A DNA stretch of 64,000 nucleotides, from contig NC_087437.1 of the NCBI RefSeq assembly GCF_036321535.1, forward strand, positions 116,810,001 through 116,874,000, written 5' to 3'. How positions within the stretch are numbered: position 1 is the first letter of the stretch; every line of letters starts with the position of its first letter. The DNA is from Camelus dromedarius. Taxonomy: Eukaryota. A model generated the notes under the pieces. That model was given only the letters and a program-made list of their open reading frames with translations, was not told the DNA's origin and ran no database searches. Made by a program: the position numbers and the translations under genes. Positions 10,721 to 23,975 of this stretch are shown here, one piece after another.

Positions 10721-13569
10721 CCCCCAAAAGGTTTAAATGTTAGAAATCCGAAAGTCAGTGAGTGGCTGTCCATAGCCTGCCATTTGGGATCAGCCTGTCA
10801 GAGAAACCAAGTAACGGGTTTAAACAGCATGAAAGGAGGCTTCCTTCTTCTGTAAAGACTGGCAGAAGCAGCCCAGCTTCACTCCACCAAGTCCCTCCTG
10901 TCCTTCTACTGGCCGCCCCTACAGTTAGGCCCTTGTCTCCTGGCCCCGATGGTGCCCTAGCCACCGCATCTGTGTCCCAAGCCTCAGGAAGGTTCCAGGC
11001 GTCTCAGCCAGACTCGCTGTCACCCCATTGGCCAGAATCAGTCACGTGTCTTCCCTGAGCTGCAAGGTGGCCGTGGGCCCAGCTGAAAATTCTATTCTTT
11101 GAAAGAGATCTGGGGGAAACCGTAAATTCCACCTCGCATATTATGGTGCAGGTAAGTGGTAGTTCTTTTTCCAGAAAACAAAAATACCTCCACTTACAGT
11201 TTCTACAAGCATCTCCCCTCACGGGTCCAGGGAACACAGCGGGAAGACGACAACCAGCACAAGAGCGAGTCCAGGTGGGGGTGCTGATGTGGGCGCCACG
11301 TCCCAGCATCCCCCTCCCCAGGGCTGAGAGTAAGATACTTTCTATTCCAGTATTTGCATTTCTCCAGTGTGACAGTGAAACACAGAACCAAATGCAGACT
11401 TACTTTTAACTGGACTCTTGAGATACGTTTTGTCTTCCGGGGGGCGGGGAGGTGGGCAGGAGTTGTCCTGTTGACTTGAGCACAGAGAACAGGCTTTGGG
11501 AAGCACCTTCATCCAGGAGTCAGTGCCCTGTGCTCGCCCTGAACCCCGTGGCAGGCCTCGTCCACACCACTGATCAAGCCCAGAATGCATTGCCCATTTA
11601 ATTTCCTTTGCTTCAGAGAAAGTATCTAGATTGTAAGATTCCAAAGCCCTGAATGTCTTTTGTGTTTTCAACTCCTTTACAAGATGTGACTCAGTATTGA
11701 TTGAAAGAATGTAGGTTACAAGAATCAGATATGTGAGGTTGTCCTCGGAATTTAAAGGTACATTATTAACCAAGATTATTCATTGAAAATCCTCCAAGTA
11801 GAAAACATTGTCCTTATAAGTTTCACACACCATGGAATTATTTTTAAGCCACAGAATAATAGTATTATATTTATTATGAAAATTTGCTGAATATGGAACG
11901 ATTCAAGTTATAACAAAGAAAACTCAGAAAGCGCAAATGATCAAAAGCTTAGAGATAACTGAAGAAAAAACTTTGAATTTGTAGTCCAGGCAGCTTTTCA
12001 TCAGCCCAGTTGTGTCCCAGAAATGCAGCGCGACGCAGAATGTTATCAAGCAGGGGCTCTCAGAGGCGTTTCTTTTCACCTTTGGTTTTCTTTTAAACCC
12101 TCAAGTACAATCTCAGTACTCTCACCCAGTGCCTTTACTTTTCTGTTTGTATTAAAGAGCAGGGATGTTTTGCTGGGACACCGCTCTCATTTCTGATCCA
12201 ACAGGAGTGGATCAACCAAAGTTAGAGCCTTGGTTAATGAAAAACTTCATTAGGAGGGGAAAAAAAGATCTAAGTAGAGCAAATTCCCATATGTTTACCA
12301 TAAAAGTAACCTAGACTCCACCTTGGAGCATATACATACACAGACTGTTCATTGTGTGTATTGACATTGGTTTTATTAAAAAAGCTTTTGCAAACATATC
12401 CCATTAAACCTTAATCGCTACCTTTATCATTTACTCAAACAACATATGAAAGGACTGGGGCTCATTCATCACTGAAGTAGTCACGTTATTACTGTGGCTC
12501 AGGGACAGGGGGTGACGCAATGCACAAGGTTCCCAGCCCTCGCGGTTTCTGGGACGGTTAGAGAACGTCGCTGTGGGGAGAGTTATCCTCGCATGACTAC
12601 AAAGCATCCTTTAAAGACTGTCTAGAAACATCAACTCATTAAATATCTCTGCGTGTGAGTCTGTGTACACATGTTTTCAGTTTCCTGAGTCAAGTTTGTT
12701 TAAGAGTATCTTAAGTTCTGACTGAGTTTCTTTAGGTCCAAAGTTGAATTTCAACTTTGAATCTGGGCTGAAATGGGAAACTTTCATTAGGATTGAAACT
12801 TATGCCCAGTACAACCCCTGGAAGTCCCTAAGAACCACAGATGTTAGACAGAGATTGAACTGATTTCCGTGGGGATTCCTGTGTGCTTGTGGGCTGTGCT
12901 GGGCCCAGCATCCACCAGTAAAGTCAGGTGAATTCTGTGAGGTTGGATACCTTGTCTTCTTTTTACCACGAGAGCACGGAAGTTCCGGGAGCGTTGCCTG
13001 GGAATGGAGTCAGGTGGCTGACCTTCAGGCCTTTGAACTGTCCTTGCTAGCAGTGTGACAGTCCCCTGTGGATCCTGTGATCCATCCTGTCCTCAAATTT
13101 CCCATTAGGACGTCAGCTCCAGGACACCTGGAAACTCCTGTGGTCAGAATTTCTCTGAAGACACCACACCAGTCACTCTTGTCATTTTCATCTGCCTCAT
13201 GAGGGCAGAACGTGTTTTGGAAGGCCCGTTAGGACCTTCTCAGCAAAGCCCCCCAAAATCACGGTGATGCTGGAAAATGGCAAGTCACCTGTTCCCACAG
13301 GAATTATGGAATTTTCGGTCTGGAAAAGACACCAGAGAGACGAGCTCCTCTTTCCATTTGAAAAGCTCTGTCAGCATCAGGTGATGTCATCCATGGAATC
13401 AGGGCATGAAACACTGAACGCAGAACTGTGCTGGTGGAAGAGGAGAGAGGACATGCGGGTGAACCCCGCGCTCACCTGTGCGGGCACCCGAGGCCTCTCC
13501 ACCGAGCTCTTCAGGCTTCAGAGCAAAGTTGGAAACGCTCGGATTTAGTACAATACACCACTTTTTCCT

Positions 13570-14070
13570 TCTTTTATTTATTATCATTGAGGTGAAGTTC
13601 ACGCAACATAAAATGTAACCATTTTAAAGTAAACAAGTCAGTGGCATCTGGTCCATTCACAATGTTGTGCATGGATCTACCCCGTTCCAAAGCATGTCAT
13701 CCCCAGGAAGACCCCACACCCAGCATACAGCCGCCCCCACTCTTCCCTCCGCGCAGCCACTGGCAACCCACAGCTTGCTCTCTGTTCCTATGCGTTTTTA
13801 CCTCCTCTAGATAGTGCCAGAATCTGGAGTCATACACTGCATGGTCCTTTGTGTCTGTCACTCTCACTTTGCCTACATGGGAGGATACATCAGAACTTCG
13901 TTTCTTTTTCTGGCTGAGTAATATTCCATTGTGTGGGATACCACGTTTTGTGTACTCTGTTCACTGATGGACTTTGGGTTGTTTCCACCTTTTGGCCATC
14001 GTGAATGACTGCTGCTGTGAGCATTCATGTGTAAGTGTTTGAGTCCCTGTTTTCGAGTATTTGGGGTACC
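13570..14070 (-). mobile_element. L1MB-type 3' end fragment
   Basis: Antisense L1 3' UTR/ORF2 end. The minus ORF contains HTMEYYSARKRNEVL. Confidence 0.8.
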
Positions 14071-14087
14071 AGCAGAACTTGTGATAA

Positions 14088-14555
14088 CATTGTGCTTTGC
14101 AGGCAGATATTGCATTTTTTTTTCTTTGTTTTAACAAATGAAAGTTTGTGGCCTGGAGCCAAGTCTATGGGCACCATTTTTCCAACAGGATTTGCTCACT
14201 TCTTGTCTCTGTGTCACATTTTGGTAATTCTCGAAATATTTCAAACTTTTTCATGATCATTCTATTTTTTATGGTGATCTGTGATCAGTCATCTTCAAGA
14301 CTGCAAAAAGATTACTACACACTAAAGGTTCAGATGAGGGCTGCCATTTTTAGCAATAAAGTATTTTTGAATTAAGGTATGTAGATTGTTTTTTTAGACA
14401 TAAATCTATTGCACACTGAACAGACTACGGTAAAGTGTAAATATAATTTTTACATGCATCGGGACCCTCCGGAATTTGTGTGACCTGCATTTTTGTGATA
14501 TTTGCTTTATCATGGTGGTTGGAACTGAACCCAGTCTGTCCGAGATGTGCCTGTA
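14088..14555 (+). mobile_element. Non-autonomous Tigger1 derivative (Tigger1a-like)
   Basis: Both Tigger1 ends joined by an internal deletion (caccatttttccaaca...tttagcaataaagtattttt...ccgagatgtgcctg|ta). Confidence 0.85.
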
Positions 14556-16609
14556 TACACCTCAGTGTTCCAGTTTTGCAGATGAAGAAGCAGGCCATGA
14601 AAGACTGAGTGACTGGCCAGGCTCACTCAGCTAGCTCAAGGGACGAGCTGGGACTGGAAACCAGGTCCCCAGGGTCTGGTCCACAGCTCCCCTCACTAAT
14701 TCTCCCTCTACTGGTTTCTGGGCTGGGAACTCTCTCTCTTTTCCCTTCCTTTCCAGACCCTTTCCCCCTTCAGATCTCAGCTGTCCACAGCCTTCCCCAG
14801 GAGCCTTCCCCGATAACAGACCTTCAGTCCTCCCTCCTCTGATTCCCATAGTCTTATAATAATCACCTAATCCCGCCTGGCCCGCAGCACAATCCCACGG
14901 GGAGAGCTGTTTCATGGTGTCTGGCCCACCTGCGTTGACTGTAAGATCTCGGAGGACAGCAGCTTATAATCCTGAGCTGGAAGCCTGGTGATGTCAGCTT
15001 CATGGGTGTCCACTCTGGGACCAACAGAACTGGCAACGCCAAGGCTCTGCAAGGGGATGTGGTGGCCGTGCGCCCAGCCTTCCGCCACACTGAGGGCAGC
15101 ACTCTGGTTTCTGAACCTGTCCGAACAGCACACTCTCTCGCCTGCTGTGATGGCATGGTGGCAAAGTCACCACGAGTGTGCAGAGACCTACAAGCCTTGT
15201 CATCCCCATACCGTCCCCTTTGACCCATTAACTATGTGGACCAAGTTCAGGCCGGGAGGGCAGCCCGGGACGGGAGGGACACCCCACCTCTGAAACAGAA
15301 AATGACCAGCGGAGGCCACGCCTCACCCTAGATCATCGCCTTGTCTGCTAGAGAACCTGGACACAGTCGCGAAACTCGGTCTTTAATGTTACTAAGGAAG
15401 TGCTGTGGGGTCTCTGGAAAGATGCCAATAGGAAACCCAATTCTTTTTTAAAGTCCATCCCACAGATTTTCATTCCCCAATTAGATTCTACTGGGATCCT
15501 TGAAGGAACAGCTAATCCAAGAAAGGCCAAAAGAGTTCAAGTTCTGAAAAATGGAAAAGTTAGAAAACCTAAAATCCTTCCTCTTTTCTTTTTTTTAAAC
15601 TTTTCCACATATATAGATTTATAAACACACACACACACACACACAATCTTTCCATCTCAAAAATTCTGGAAAAAGCAATGTTTCTCCATCTTTCATGTCA
15701 AATAAAGGAGACACATAGCCACCTGGAACCGATCTCTTTGTCTCCAGAAGGATGGAGAAGCTTCCATCTTTTGAACACAAAAATAGATGACTTTGTTGAA
15801 AATATACATGCTAAAACATTAATAATTAAAATCAAATGTCCCCAAGGCAGGAGACCTATGTATGCTTTGGTCGGTGGCTGCCAGCGTCATCCTGGGCACT
15901 TAACCTTTGTTATCAGCTTAATATCCCCAAGAGCCTGCACGCAGGCACTGCAATCTCTGTTGAAAAGTGAGGAAAGCGATGCCTGGGGAGGGTTAATTCG
16001 CTGATGCCAACCTCACATGTTAACATCCATGGGATCAGGCTAGAAACCTAAGGCCCTGCTTTTCCCACCACCCTTGAAAGGAGTTGACAAAAAATGAAAG
16101 ACCAGGCAGGAGAATCTGCACAGGAACCACCAGCTGTGCCGTGGCGCCCCCCGTGTGTCTGCCCTCTCCTCGTCCTCATGCCACCAGGGCCCTGGGGAGA
16201 CATGGGCTCCTCACCCTCTTCACCTGCCCACAAGCCAGTCCTCGCAATGCCCGGGTCCCCACAGGCGCTGTGTGCACAGGACTCCAAGCAGAGAACACCT
16301 GCCTGTATCCAGTTTCCTGCCCGCACCCACTCACCCACTGGGCACGAAAGAGAGGAAAGCTACTAAGCCTCTCATTGGGTAAACAGTGGCTGTTTATCTT
16401 TGTACTTAAAAAAAAAAAAAAAACTCTTCTGCGAGAATAAAAGGAAGTATGGGAAGATGGAGAGAAAGGGGGAGGCGGCGAGAGCAGACAGTCCCGGGTC
16501 TGGAACCTGCTTCTCCACTTGTGTGGACAAGTTATCATCCCCTGCCTTAGCCTCAGTGTTCCTTTCTGTGAATGGGGGTAACCATCAAACCTCATGATGC
16601 TACAAATGA

Positions 16610-17222
16610 TGTTTGTCCCCAGTAGCCCAATGGTGGAAGCCACCCAAGTGTCCATCGACAGATGAGTGGACAAGCAAAACGTGGTATATGTAGAATTCAA
16701 CCTTAAAAAAGAAGGATATTCTGGCACATGTTACAACGCTGTAGCCTTGAGGATGTTATGCTCTGCGAAATAAGCCTATCGCAAAAAGACGAATATCCCA
16801 TGATTCCACTTAAATTTGATACTAGAATATCAAGTTCATAGACACGGAAAGTAAATGGCGGGCGCCAGGGGCTGAGAGGAGGACAGAAGGTGGTATTCAT
16901 GTTTAGTTGGTCTGGATTTTCATTTTTGCAAGATGAGAAAGTTCTCGAGATGGATGGGGGTGGTGGTTGCACAACAATGTGAATGCACTTAATGTCACTG
17001 AATCGTACACTTAAACGTGGTTGAGATGCGGAGGATATACTCAGTGGTCGAGCGCATGCTTAGCATACAGGAGGTCATGGGTTCGATCCCCAGTACCTCC
17101 AGTTAAATGAAAACATAATAAATAAATAAAGCTAATTACCCCTTAAAAAACAAAACAAAAATTTTTTTTTAATTAAAGGTTGACATGGTAAGATTTACTT
17201 TAGATTCATTTTACCACAACGT
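16610..17222 (+). mobile_element. L1MB-type 3' end, interrupted by a SINE
   Basis: cccaagtgtccatcgacagatgagtgg...ggtggttgcacaacaatgtgaatgcacttaatg. Confidence 0.85.
17029..17177 (+). mobile_element. Camelid tRNA-derived SINE (Vic-1 type)
   Basis: B box ggttcgatcccc and A-rich tail. TSD-like ggttgagatg (17019-17028) / ggttgacatg (17178-17187). Confidence 0.9.
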
Positions 17223-18289
17223 AAAACTAATAATAATAGCTGGTAGTAAGGTGCTTGCCTTAATTTCTTCTTTGTTGCTGAGGAGCGAGGAAAGCCACCC
17301 TGCATCTTGGACTCAAATTCATGGAGTCTGTTGTTCTTGATCTTGGCTGCACGTAGAATCCAGCGGGTAGGTAGAGAGGAGGCGGGATTAGAGCTATGAA
17401 TGCCAGGCTCCCACCTGACAGATCAAATCAGAATCCCTTGGGGCGGTCCGGGGTGGCAGACTTTTCTAGAAATTGTAATGGGTGCTGGGACCGAGCAGCA
17501 CCAAACTAGACGGGAGCTCAGGCCCAAACCTGCAGGCCTCGTGCCCTCTTCCCGCCTGCTGTGAGACGGCAAGGCTCCCTGGGGGTACATGGGCATCTGT
17601 GTGCATCAAATTATGGGTTTTATTTAATTCAACTCAAGACACACTTCTTGCCTCCCAGCATGGCTGGCAGCATGGGTGCGGGCCCTGCCCCCAGAAGGAC
17701 CGAGTGTCACTTTAACGCTCTGCCGTCACCATCTTGAAAGGCTTAATCATTTTTGAACATGGAGCCCCCATTTTTCTGTAGCTCTAGGCTCTGCTAATTG
17801 TGTGTCCAGCTCCGCCTGCAAGGCCAGGTCCTATTCTAAGCCCAGAGAGTCTAGAGCTGAAAGGTGGGGAGGCCCATGCTCAGGGAGGCCACGGGCTGCA
17901 GGAGGCAAGGCCGGCCCTGCTGGGACCACCTGCCCACCACCGCCCGACCGTGTGAGCCAGGGAGCCGGGCACGGCGCTGCCTGCAGAGGAGGGGGAGGAG
18001 GAGCCCTGGCCGCGGAGTCATGCTGCACAAGCTCGTGATGGATAATCAGTAACAAACACAGGGAACAGTGACACAAGACGTAGGTTACATTGGGCTGTAA
18101 AACAAGGCAAGCTGTGCACAGAGCAAGCGTCTAAGCAGCTCCCCAGAGTCCTGAGCTCCAGCCTCGGCCCTGTGCTAGCTCTGACCCCAGCGTTCACTGG
18201 ACACCTAGCAGCCAGAGCACCGAGCCCGTAGGTCCCGCAGCTTCCAGGCTAAGACGCGGTCAGAAACATCAACCAGCAATAGGCACCAT

Positions 18290-18500
18290 TTCTTGAAGGC
18301 TTCCTTCACGCCAGGCACTGGGCTGAGTGCTTTGCATAAATTATTGCCGTTATCTCCCATCTCTGCTCCGTAGGTTGACTATCAACTGATCCATTTCACA
18401 GAGGAGGAAACGGAGGATCAAAGAAGCCAAGGAACTTTCTCAAGATTACGTGGCCAGACAGCAGGCGATCGAAAGTGAACCTGGGTCTTGGGCTTTGAAG
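18290..18500 (-). mobile_element. MIR SINE
   Basis: ccaggcactgggctgagtgctttgcat...ccatttcacagaggaggaaacggagg. Confidence 0.7.
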
Positions 18501-19875
18501 TCGGCGAGTCTGCCATTTGCTATCATAAACTCTTTGCATGACCCATAAACAGTTGGCCTGCAGCCAAATGTTGTCAATGTCACATCTGTCAATGACAACT
18601 GTGTGTGACCCGCGCAAACCGAGCCGCTCCACAGACGCTGCAGGACGTCAGTGAGCCCACAGATCAATCTAGATGTTCCCCTTCCTGCAAATCCTTGTGC
18701 TGGGCGAACAGCTCTCCTAAAAAGAGAAACGAGGAGAAGAAAGAACAAAAGAATAGAAATTCTGGAAGAACAGGATGAGGGGCCGTGTTGAATAAAACCT
18801 GCCTTTTTCACTCAGTTCAGCCGGCTTGCTTAACAAGTCAAGTGGCCGCTTTGTTAGAAGCACCTCTTTGGAGAGGTGAGTGTGGACAGCTGCTCTCCAG
18901 ATAATGAAACTGAGCAGGGCTGTTGCTATTAAAGCCACACCAAAGATAATGCCACTTTTCCCAGGAACACATTGTGGGGCAGGGTCAACCGAAAATGTGT
19001 AATCTTAGATGATAGGTCATAAATGTCCCCTCTTGGAGCTTCTCTGCGAAGGCTCTGCACCTGCTGGGTGGCTCCAGGGTGAGCACCAGGCTGGTAGACA
19101 GCTTTGTATGCCGGCCATCCCTGGATTTCCCCAATAAAATCCCGCTCTCGACTTTGCCGTCCACTTCTTCCTCTTTCTTGGTGGAAATCTACTGCCTCCT
19201 TCAATGAGTGCGTGGAAAATTACATGCTCGGTGCCACATGCAGGGCTAGAAAAGCACACATCCCACGGTGATTTCACATGATCCAAGCTTTCATCATTAA
19301 ATTAAAGAAAAGAAAAGTCTGTGGGCGAGGAGGGAGAAAGAATTGCGAGGCCCCGAGCAGATGACTCATTTCAGAGAGAAACGACAAGGCCGTTTCCAAA
19401 CAGATGGGCTGACAGGACACTGGCAAACGCTGCTCTTTATTCATTCACGCAGGCATGATTTCATTCATTCAGCCAGCATTGCTGAGCGCTCCCCGAACAC
19501 TGGATCGGCCGTGGGAGATGGGGAAGTGTCAGCCGCCCAAGGAGCAAAGCCTGAACTTGCTCCTTTCTTAGGACCTCCACACAATAAGGGTCAGAGAGGC
19601 AGCTGTTACAAGATAAAGAAAGCTGCAGGGAGGGGGCTGAGATGGGGCCTGCAACTGCAATTCGGGGAAGCCTCGGGGGGAAAGCTGGCATTAGAACCGA
19701 GAGGTAAAGGAGGTGCAGACGGAGCCACGAGGCTGTGCGGGGGTTGTGTGGGGAGATCGGTCCCTCCAGGCAGAGGGAGCAGCGTAGCCGGAGCTGAGGC
19801 TGGTCCACGGAGGGCCTGGTGGCCTCCTTGAGTGATGTGGGAGCCACTGCTTTGTGCAAAAGAAACAGGGACTTT

Positions 19876-20070
19876 CAGTTTACAATGGTGTGTCAATTTC
19901 TGGTATAGAGCATAATGTTTCAGTCATACATATACAATTTTTAATGGACGTATAGTCAGTTTACAATGTTGCATCAATTTCTGTTCCTTTTCGTGTTCTT
20001 TTTCATTATAGGTTCCTGCAAGACACTGAACATAGTGCCTGTGCTACAGTAGAAAACTGTTGTTTATAAA
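19876..20070 (-). mobile_element. Camelid L1 3'-end fragment with an internally duplicated terminal segment
   Basis: cagtttacaatgKtg..tcaatttctg occurs twice (~19876 and ~19957). Confidence 0.75.
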
Positions 20071-20080
20071 TTGTCTTTAT

Positions 20081-20184
20081 TTGGGGGGGAATTAGGTTTA
20101 TTTATCTTAATGGAGGTACTGGGGATTGCACCCAGGACCTTGTGCATGCTAAGTTCATGCTCTACCACTGAGCTAGACCCTCCC
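20081..20184 (-). mobile_element. Camelid tRNA-derived SINE (Vic-1 type)
   Basis: Reverse complement of the same SINE (ggaggtactggggattgcacccaggacc...ctctaccactgagcta). Confidence 0.9.
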
Positions 20185-21384
20185 CAACTCTGGGCTTGCT
20201 TTCTGCTGGGCTCACTCAGGTGGCTGCGTGGAGCTGGCTGAGGGGCAGCCGGCAGCTGTGAGACCAGGGAGGAGATGATGGGGAGCAGGGTGGTGGAGAG
20301 AGGAGCAGGGTCTAGCGGGGTGTGGATGGGATGGAGAAAGTATAGCGGCTCCTCCAGACTGTGCGTCCCTCTCCGTCACCCCCTGCACGACGTCTGACCT
20401 GGGAGTCTCAGCAGGAAGTCTCCCTGGGACAGCCCGGGGGTGGCAAATTCCCCATCTGTGGCTGTGGCCAGCACTGACAGGCGCCCAGGGCTGTGGCAAT
20501 GTCATTCCCGGCAGCAACAGAATTAGATCACTATCTCTGTTTACTAACAGGAAAAAACACCCGGATGGAAGATACAAATAGCTAGAAATGGGAGCCATCG
20601 GTCGCACGGTTGCCTCTCCCCGTGAGGCCACCCTGAGCCTGCTAACCCGGGAGAAGAGCCGGGTACAGATCGCAACTTATAACCCGATGCGTGTTTGCTG
20701 TAAAGACAGGCTGTTTCTTAGATCAAGATTTGTGGCATAAATTAGGTATTTCGGATGTAGTAGAAGTAAGTAAATAAATATTTACATATTAGGTGAATGC
20801 AGGAATAGATGAATGATTTAGCAAATATGATTTAAAAATGAAACTTAATGGGAATTTCATTGGAAAATAAATTAAGTATTCAAAAAAAAAAGATTAGAAA
20901 TGAGTAAATGATAGGTTTCAAGGTCTTCGGGGATGTATGGTGTAGGGCTTATCAAAATAAAATAGAAACTAGAACAGTTCGATGTGGAGAAAAGCCTTCC
21001 TTCCTCATCTCTAACTTCAAGGCTTGCAAGCATTTGTTTTAAACAAGCAATGCATTGATCATCTGAGATGAAGGAGCAATTAAGCTCAAACCTCAAATGC
21101 AAACCAGTCCGAAGCTAACAGCCTAGCAGGTGCTGAGTTAGGCCAGGAGATGATTAACCTGGGTTTTGCACCTGTTCCTTGAACTCTTTTCCAATGAACA
21201 GAACACAGTTCTGTGTCATGTTTCTGAAGATGCTGCGCTTCTGCACTGAAGGTTTCTCAGACATGACTCACATTGAAGTGAGTGTGAGAAGTCTGCCTGG
21301 TAACACATCAGGGTGCTCTGAGTCGGTGGGGGTGTGGGGGACTGTTAGCCATAGCCTCCGCAAGCAAGGCAGCGGGAGCGGCCG

Positions 21385-21790
21385 CAGAGAGTGGTGCCCC
21401 ATCCCCCAAAAAAATCTATGTCTACATCCCAACCCTCAGACCCTGTGAGTGTGACCTTATTTGGAAAAGGGAGCTTCGCGGCTGGGATTAAGTTCAGGAT
21501 ATCGAAGTGAGATCATCTTGGATTGAGGGTGGGCCCTAAAGCCGACAAGTGTCCTCACAAGAGACAGAAGAGAAGACCCAGAGGGAGGCGGAGACTGGGG
21601 GTGCAACCTGGAGCCACCAGGAGCCAAAAGAGGCAGGAAGGCTTCTCCCCGAGACCCTTCGGAGACGGCACCCCTCTGCTCACGCCTGGACCTCAGACTG
21701 GCCTCCGGGGCTGTGAGACCGCAAACTGCTGTTGTTTTAAGCCGCCTGGTTGGCGATGCTGTGTCACAGCGGCCACAGGGAACAGATGCA
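21385..21790 (+). mobile_element. ERVL-MaLR solo LTR (MLT1C-like)
   Basis: gtgaccttatttggaaaaggg...gagatcatcttggatt...tgttgttttaagcc. Confidence 0.85.
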
Positions 21791-23049
21791 GTTTCCAAAG
21801 GGGACCCAGCCCTTCGGTCCCTTGATTTCGGAGTTGTGAGTCCCCAGCAGAGAGCCAGCTGAGCCAGGCTACGCCTTGGCTTCCACCTGCAGAACAGGGA
21901 GACGAGACGTGGGCATTAAGCCACTAACTTTGTGGTAATATGTTACGGCAGCAACAAGACGCTAACGCCATGGGATGTCGCATGAGTGACCAGGGGCAGG
22001 GAGGCTCAGGGAGGCTTCCTCCTCCTCCTCCAGTGGGAGCAGCTTTAGGCTGAGAGCAAAGTCATAGAGAAAGTCACACGTGGGGGTCTCAGGGACCCAC
22101 AGGCACTGAGCACAGAACTGATGGCTTCTGTTTCCATTTAGAGTCACAATCCCAGGGCAGGAGAAGCTGCCGAGGGTCCTGAGGAGCAGAAAACAGAGAC
22201 CTCCAAGGTCTGGGATGCGATGGTGTCCTTGACAGGTGCTGAAGGCAGCCTTGTCCCCAGCGGCTCTGCAAACGCTCTCACCCGCCCAGAGGTCAAGGTC
22301 ACCTGGGTCCCGGCGTCTCACTGGGCACTTATGCTGACAGCCCCGGAGGCCCGTGACTGACAGCTCCTCCCGTCACCCCCGCAGTTACGGGATGAAGAAG
22401 TCAGCCAGGGGCAACAATGCAGTCCTGCGGGATCCCGCCTCCCTGGAGAACTTTCCGGTTGAGTTGGAGGCGGGATGCTGGCTTTTAAGTTTCTCAGTAG
22501 CAGCTAATCCCCCTAGAAAACCGTATCACTCCAGTTTCTTTCCAAATGAAATTCAAGTCTGCCAAAGCGCCGGTTCCAAGACATGTTACTCTGATTCCAG
22601 GGGCACTAAGTGAACTGGCAGCTCTCAAAATACTCTGGTAGCTGGCTAAGAGCTGTTGTGTTTTATGGGCCGTCACCACACTAACCCACAGCATTTGCAC
22701 AGGGCCTCAACCAGCTCTGGGAGGCTTTGCCTGGAGCCGGGTCCACGGACCACCGAGGGGACCCTGTCTTCCATCGGCAGTGAGGTCTTATCGGCATTCT
22801 TAGCATGTTGGGTTTTTTTTTTTAATGTGTTTGAGTAACATCTTTTTCTAAAATGACACAGATCAGAACGCTGTCTGTTACAGCATTCCAGCCACACACA
22901 GCGAGGCGTTCTCGGTGAAGTTTAAACTCAAATATTAGCAGGGATATTCTGTCCCGAGAAACAGGGCCAAGAGAGAGGTCAGGTCCAAGCTGAGGTTTTC
23001 TCTGGCTGTGGCATAAGAGCTTTCTCCGTCGTCTGTGACCTCCCCCTGC

Positions 23050-23470
23050 TCCCCCTCCCATTCTAGGCCTCCATCCCTGCGGAGAACGGAGAACGCTCGG
23101 TTGGGGGCGGGGCAGGGTTTGGACCAAAATCACAGCCCCGGAGACCTGAGGGCCTCGCCGGTATTTGTATGCTGAGTCCAGCTAAAGTGAGCTCTTTCAA
23201 AAGGAGCAGAAAGCGAGGTTGCAAGCCAAAGAAAACTTCGCTTGGGTGTGTGGTAGGCAGCGGCTAGTCTAACTCCTGCTGCTACTTCTGTAGCTGCACT
23301 CTGTTCATCTACAAACAAGTATCACGACAAACGCAGCCGCTGTGTGCGCAGCCCCGACCCCTCTCCCGCAGCGGGCTGGAGCCCCACCCCGCCTCTCCCC
23401 CCCCCCCCCCGCCTGCTGTTGGTCAACAGAACTCTGCTCATCAGAGACAGCGGCCCCTGAAACCCCCTTA
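23050..23470. promoter_or_regulatory. CpG/GC-box-rich regulatory patch
   Basis: GGGGCGGGG at ~23104, ccccgcc boxes at ~23387 and ~23407, raised CpG density, non-repeat sequence. Confidence 0.4.
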
Positions 23471-23559
23471 GACCCGCTGCAGTCTCTCTTGGTGGGATTT
23501 AGCTACGCAATCTCCCTTCTCTCCAGCTTTGTTAGCTTCCTGATGTGGCTGTCATGAGT

Positions 23560-23975
23560 TACTACCAATGTAGTGGCTGAAAGGAACCCCAGTTTATTAC
23601 CTTACAGTCCTGAAAGTCAGAAGCTCAAAAATTAGTTTCACTGGGCTAAATCAAGATATTCCTTCTCGAGGTTTCTGGGGGTGAATCCTTCTCTTGGCCT
23701 TTCTCAGCTTCTAGAGGCCACTGCGTTCCCCGCCGTGGTGTCTTCCTCCAGCAGCAAGACCGGCGGTTCCTCCAACCTCTGTCTCTTTGCTTCCATCATC
23801 CTGTCACCTTCTGCTCTTTCTTACCTGGCTGCCTCCCGTTGTAAGGACCTTTGTGATCACATTGGGCCCAGACAGATAATCCAGGATCATGTCCCCGTCT
23901 CAACATCCTTAACTTAATCACGTCCGCAAGGTCCCTCTTGCCATGAAAGGCAACACTGTCACAGCCCTTGGGGAC
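23560..23975 (-). mobile_element. ERVL-MaLR LTR (MLT1-like)
   Basis: tttctcagcttctagaggcc...gataatccaggat...ccttaacttaatcacgtccgcaagg. Confidence 0.8.
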
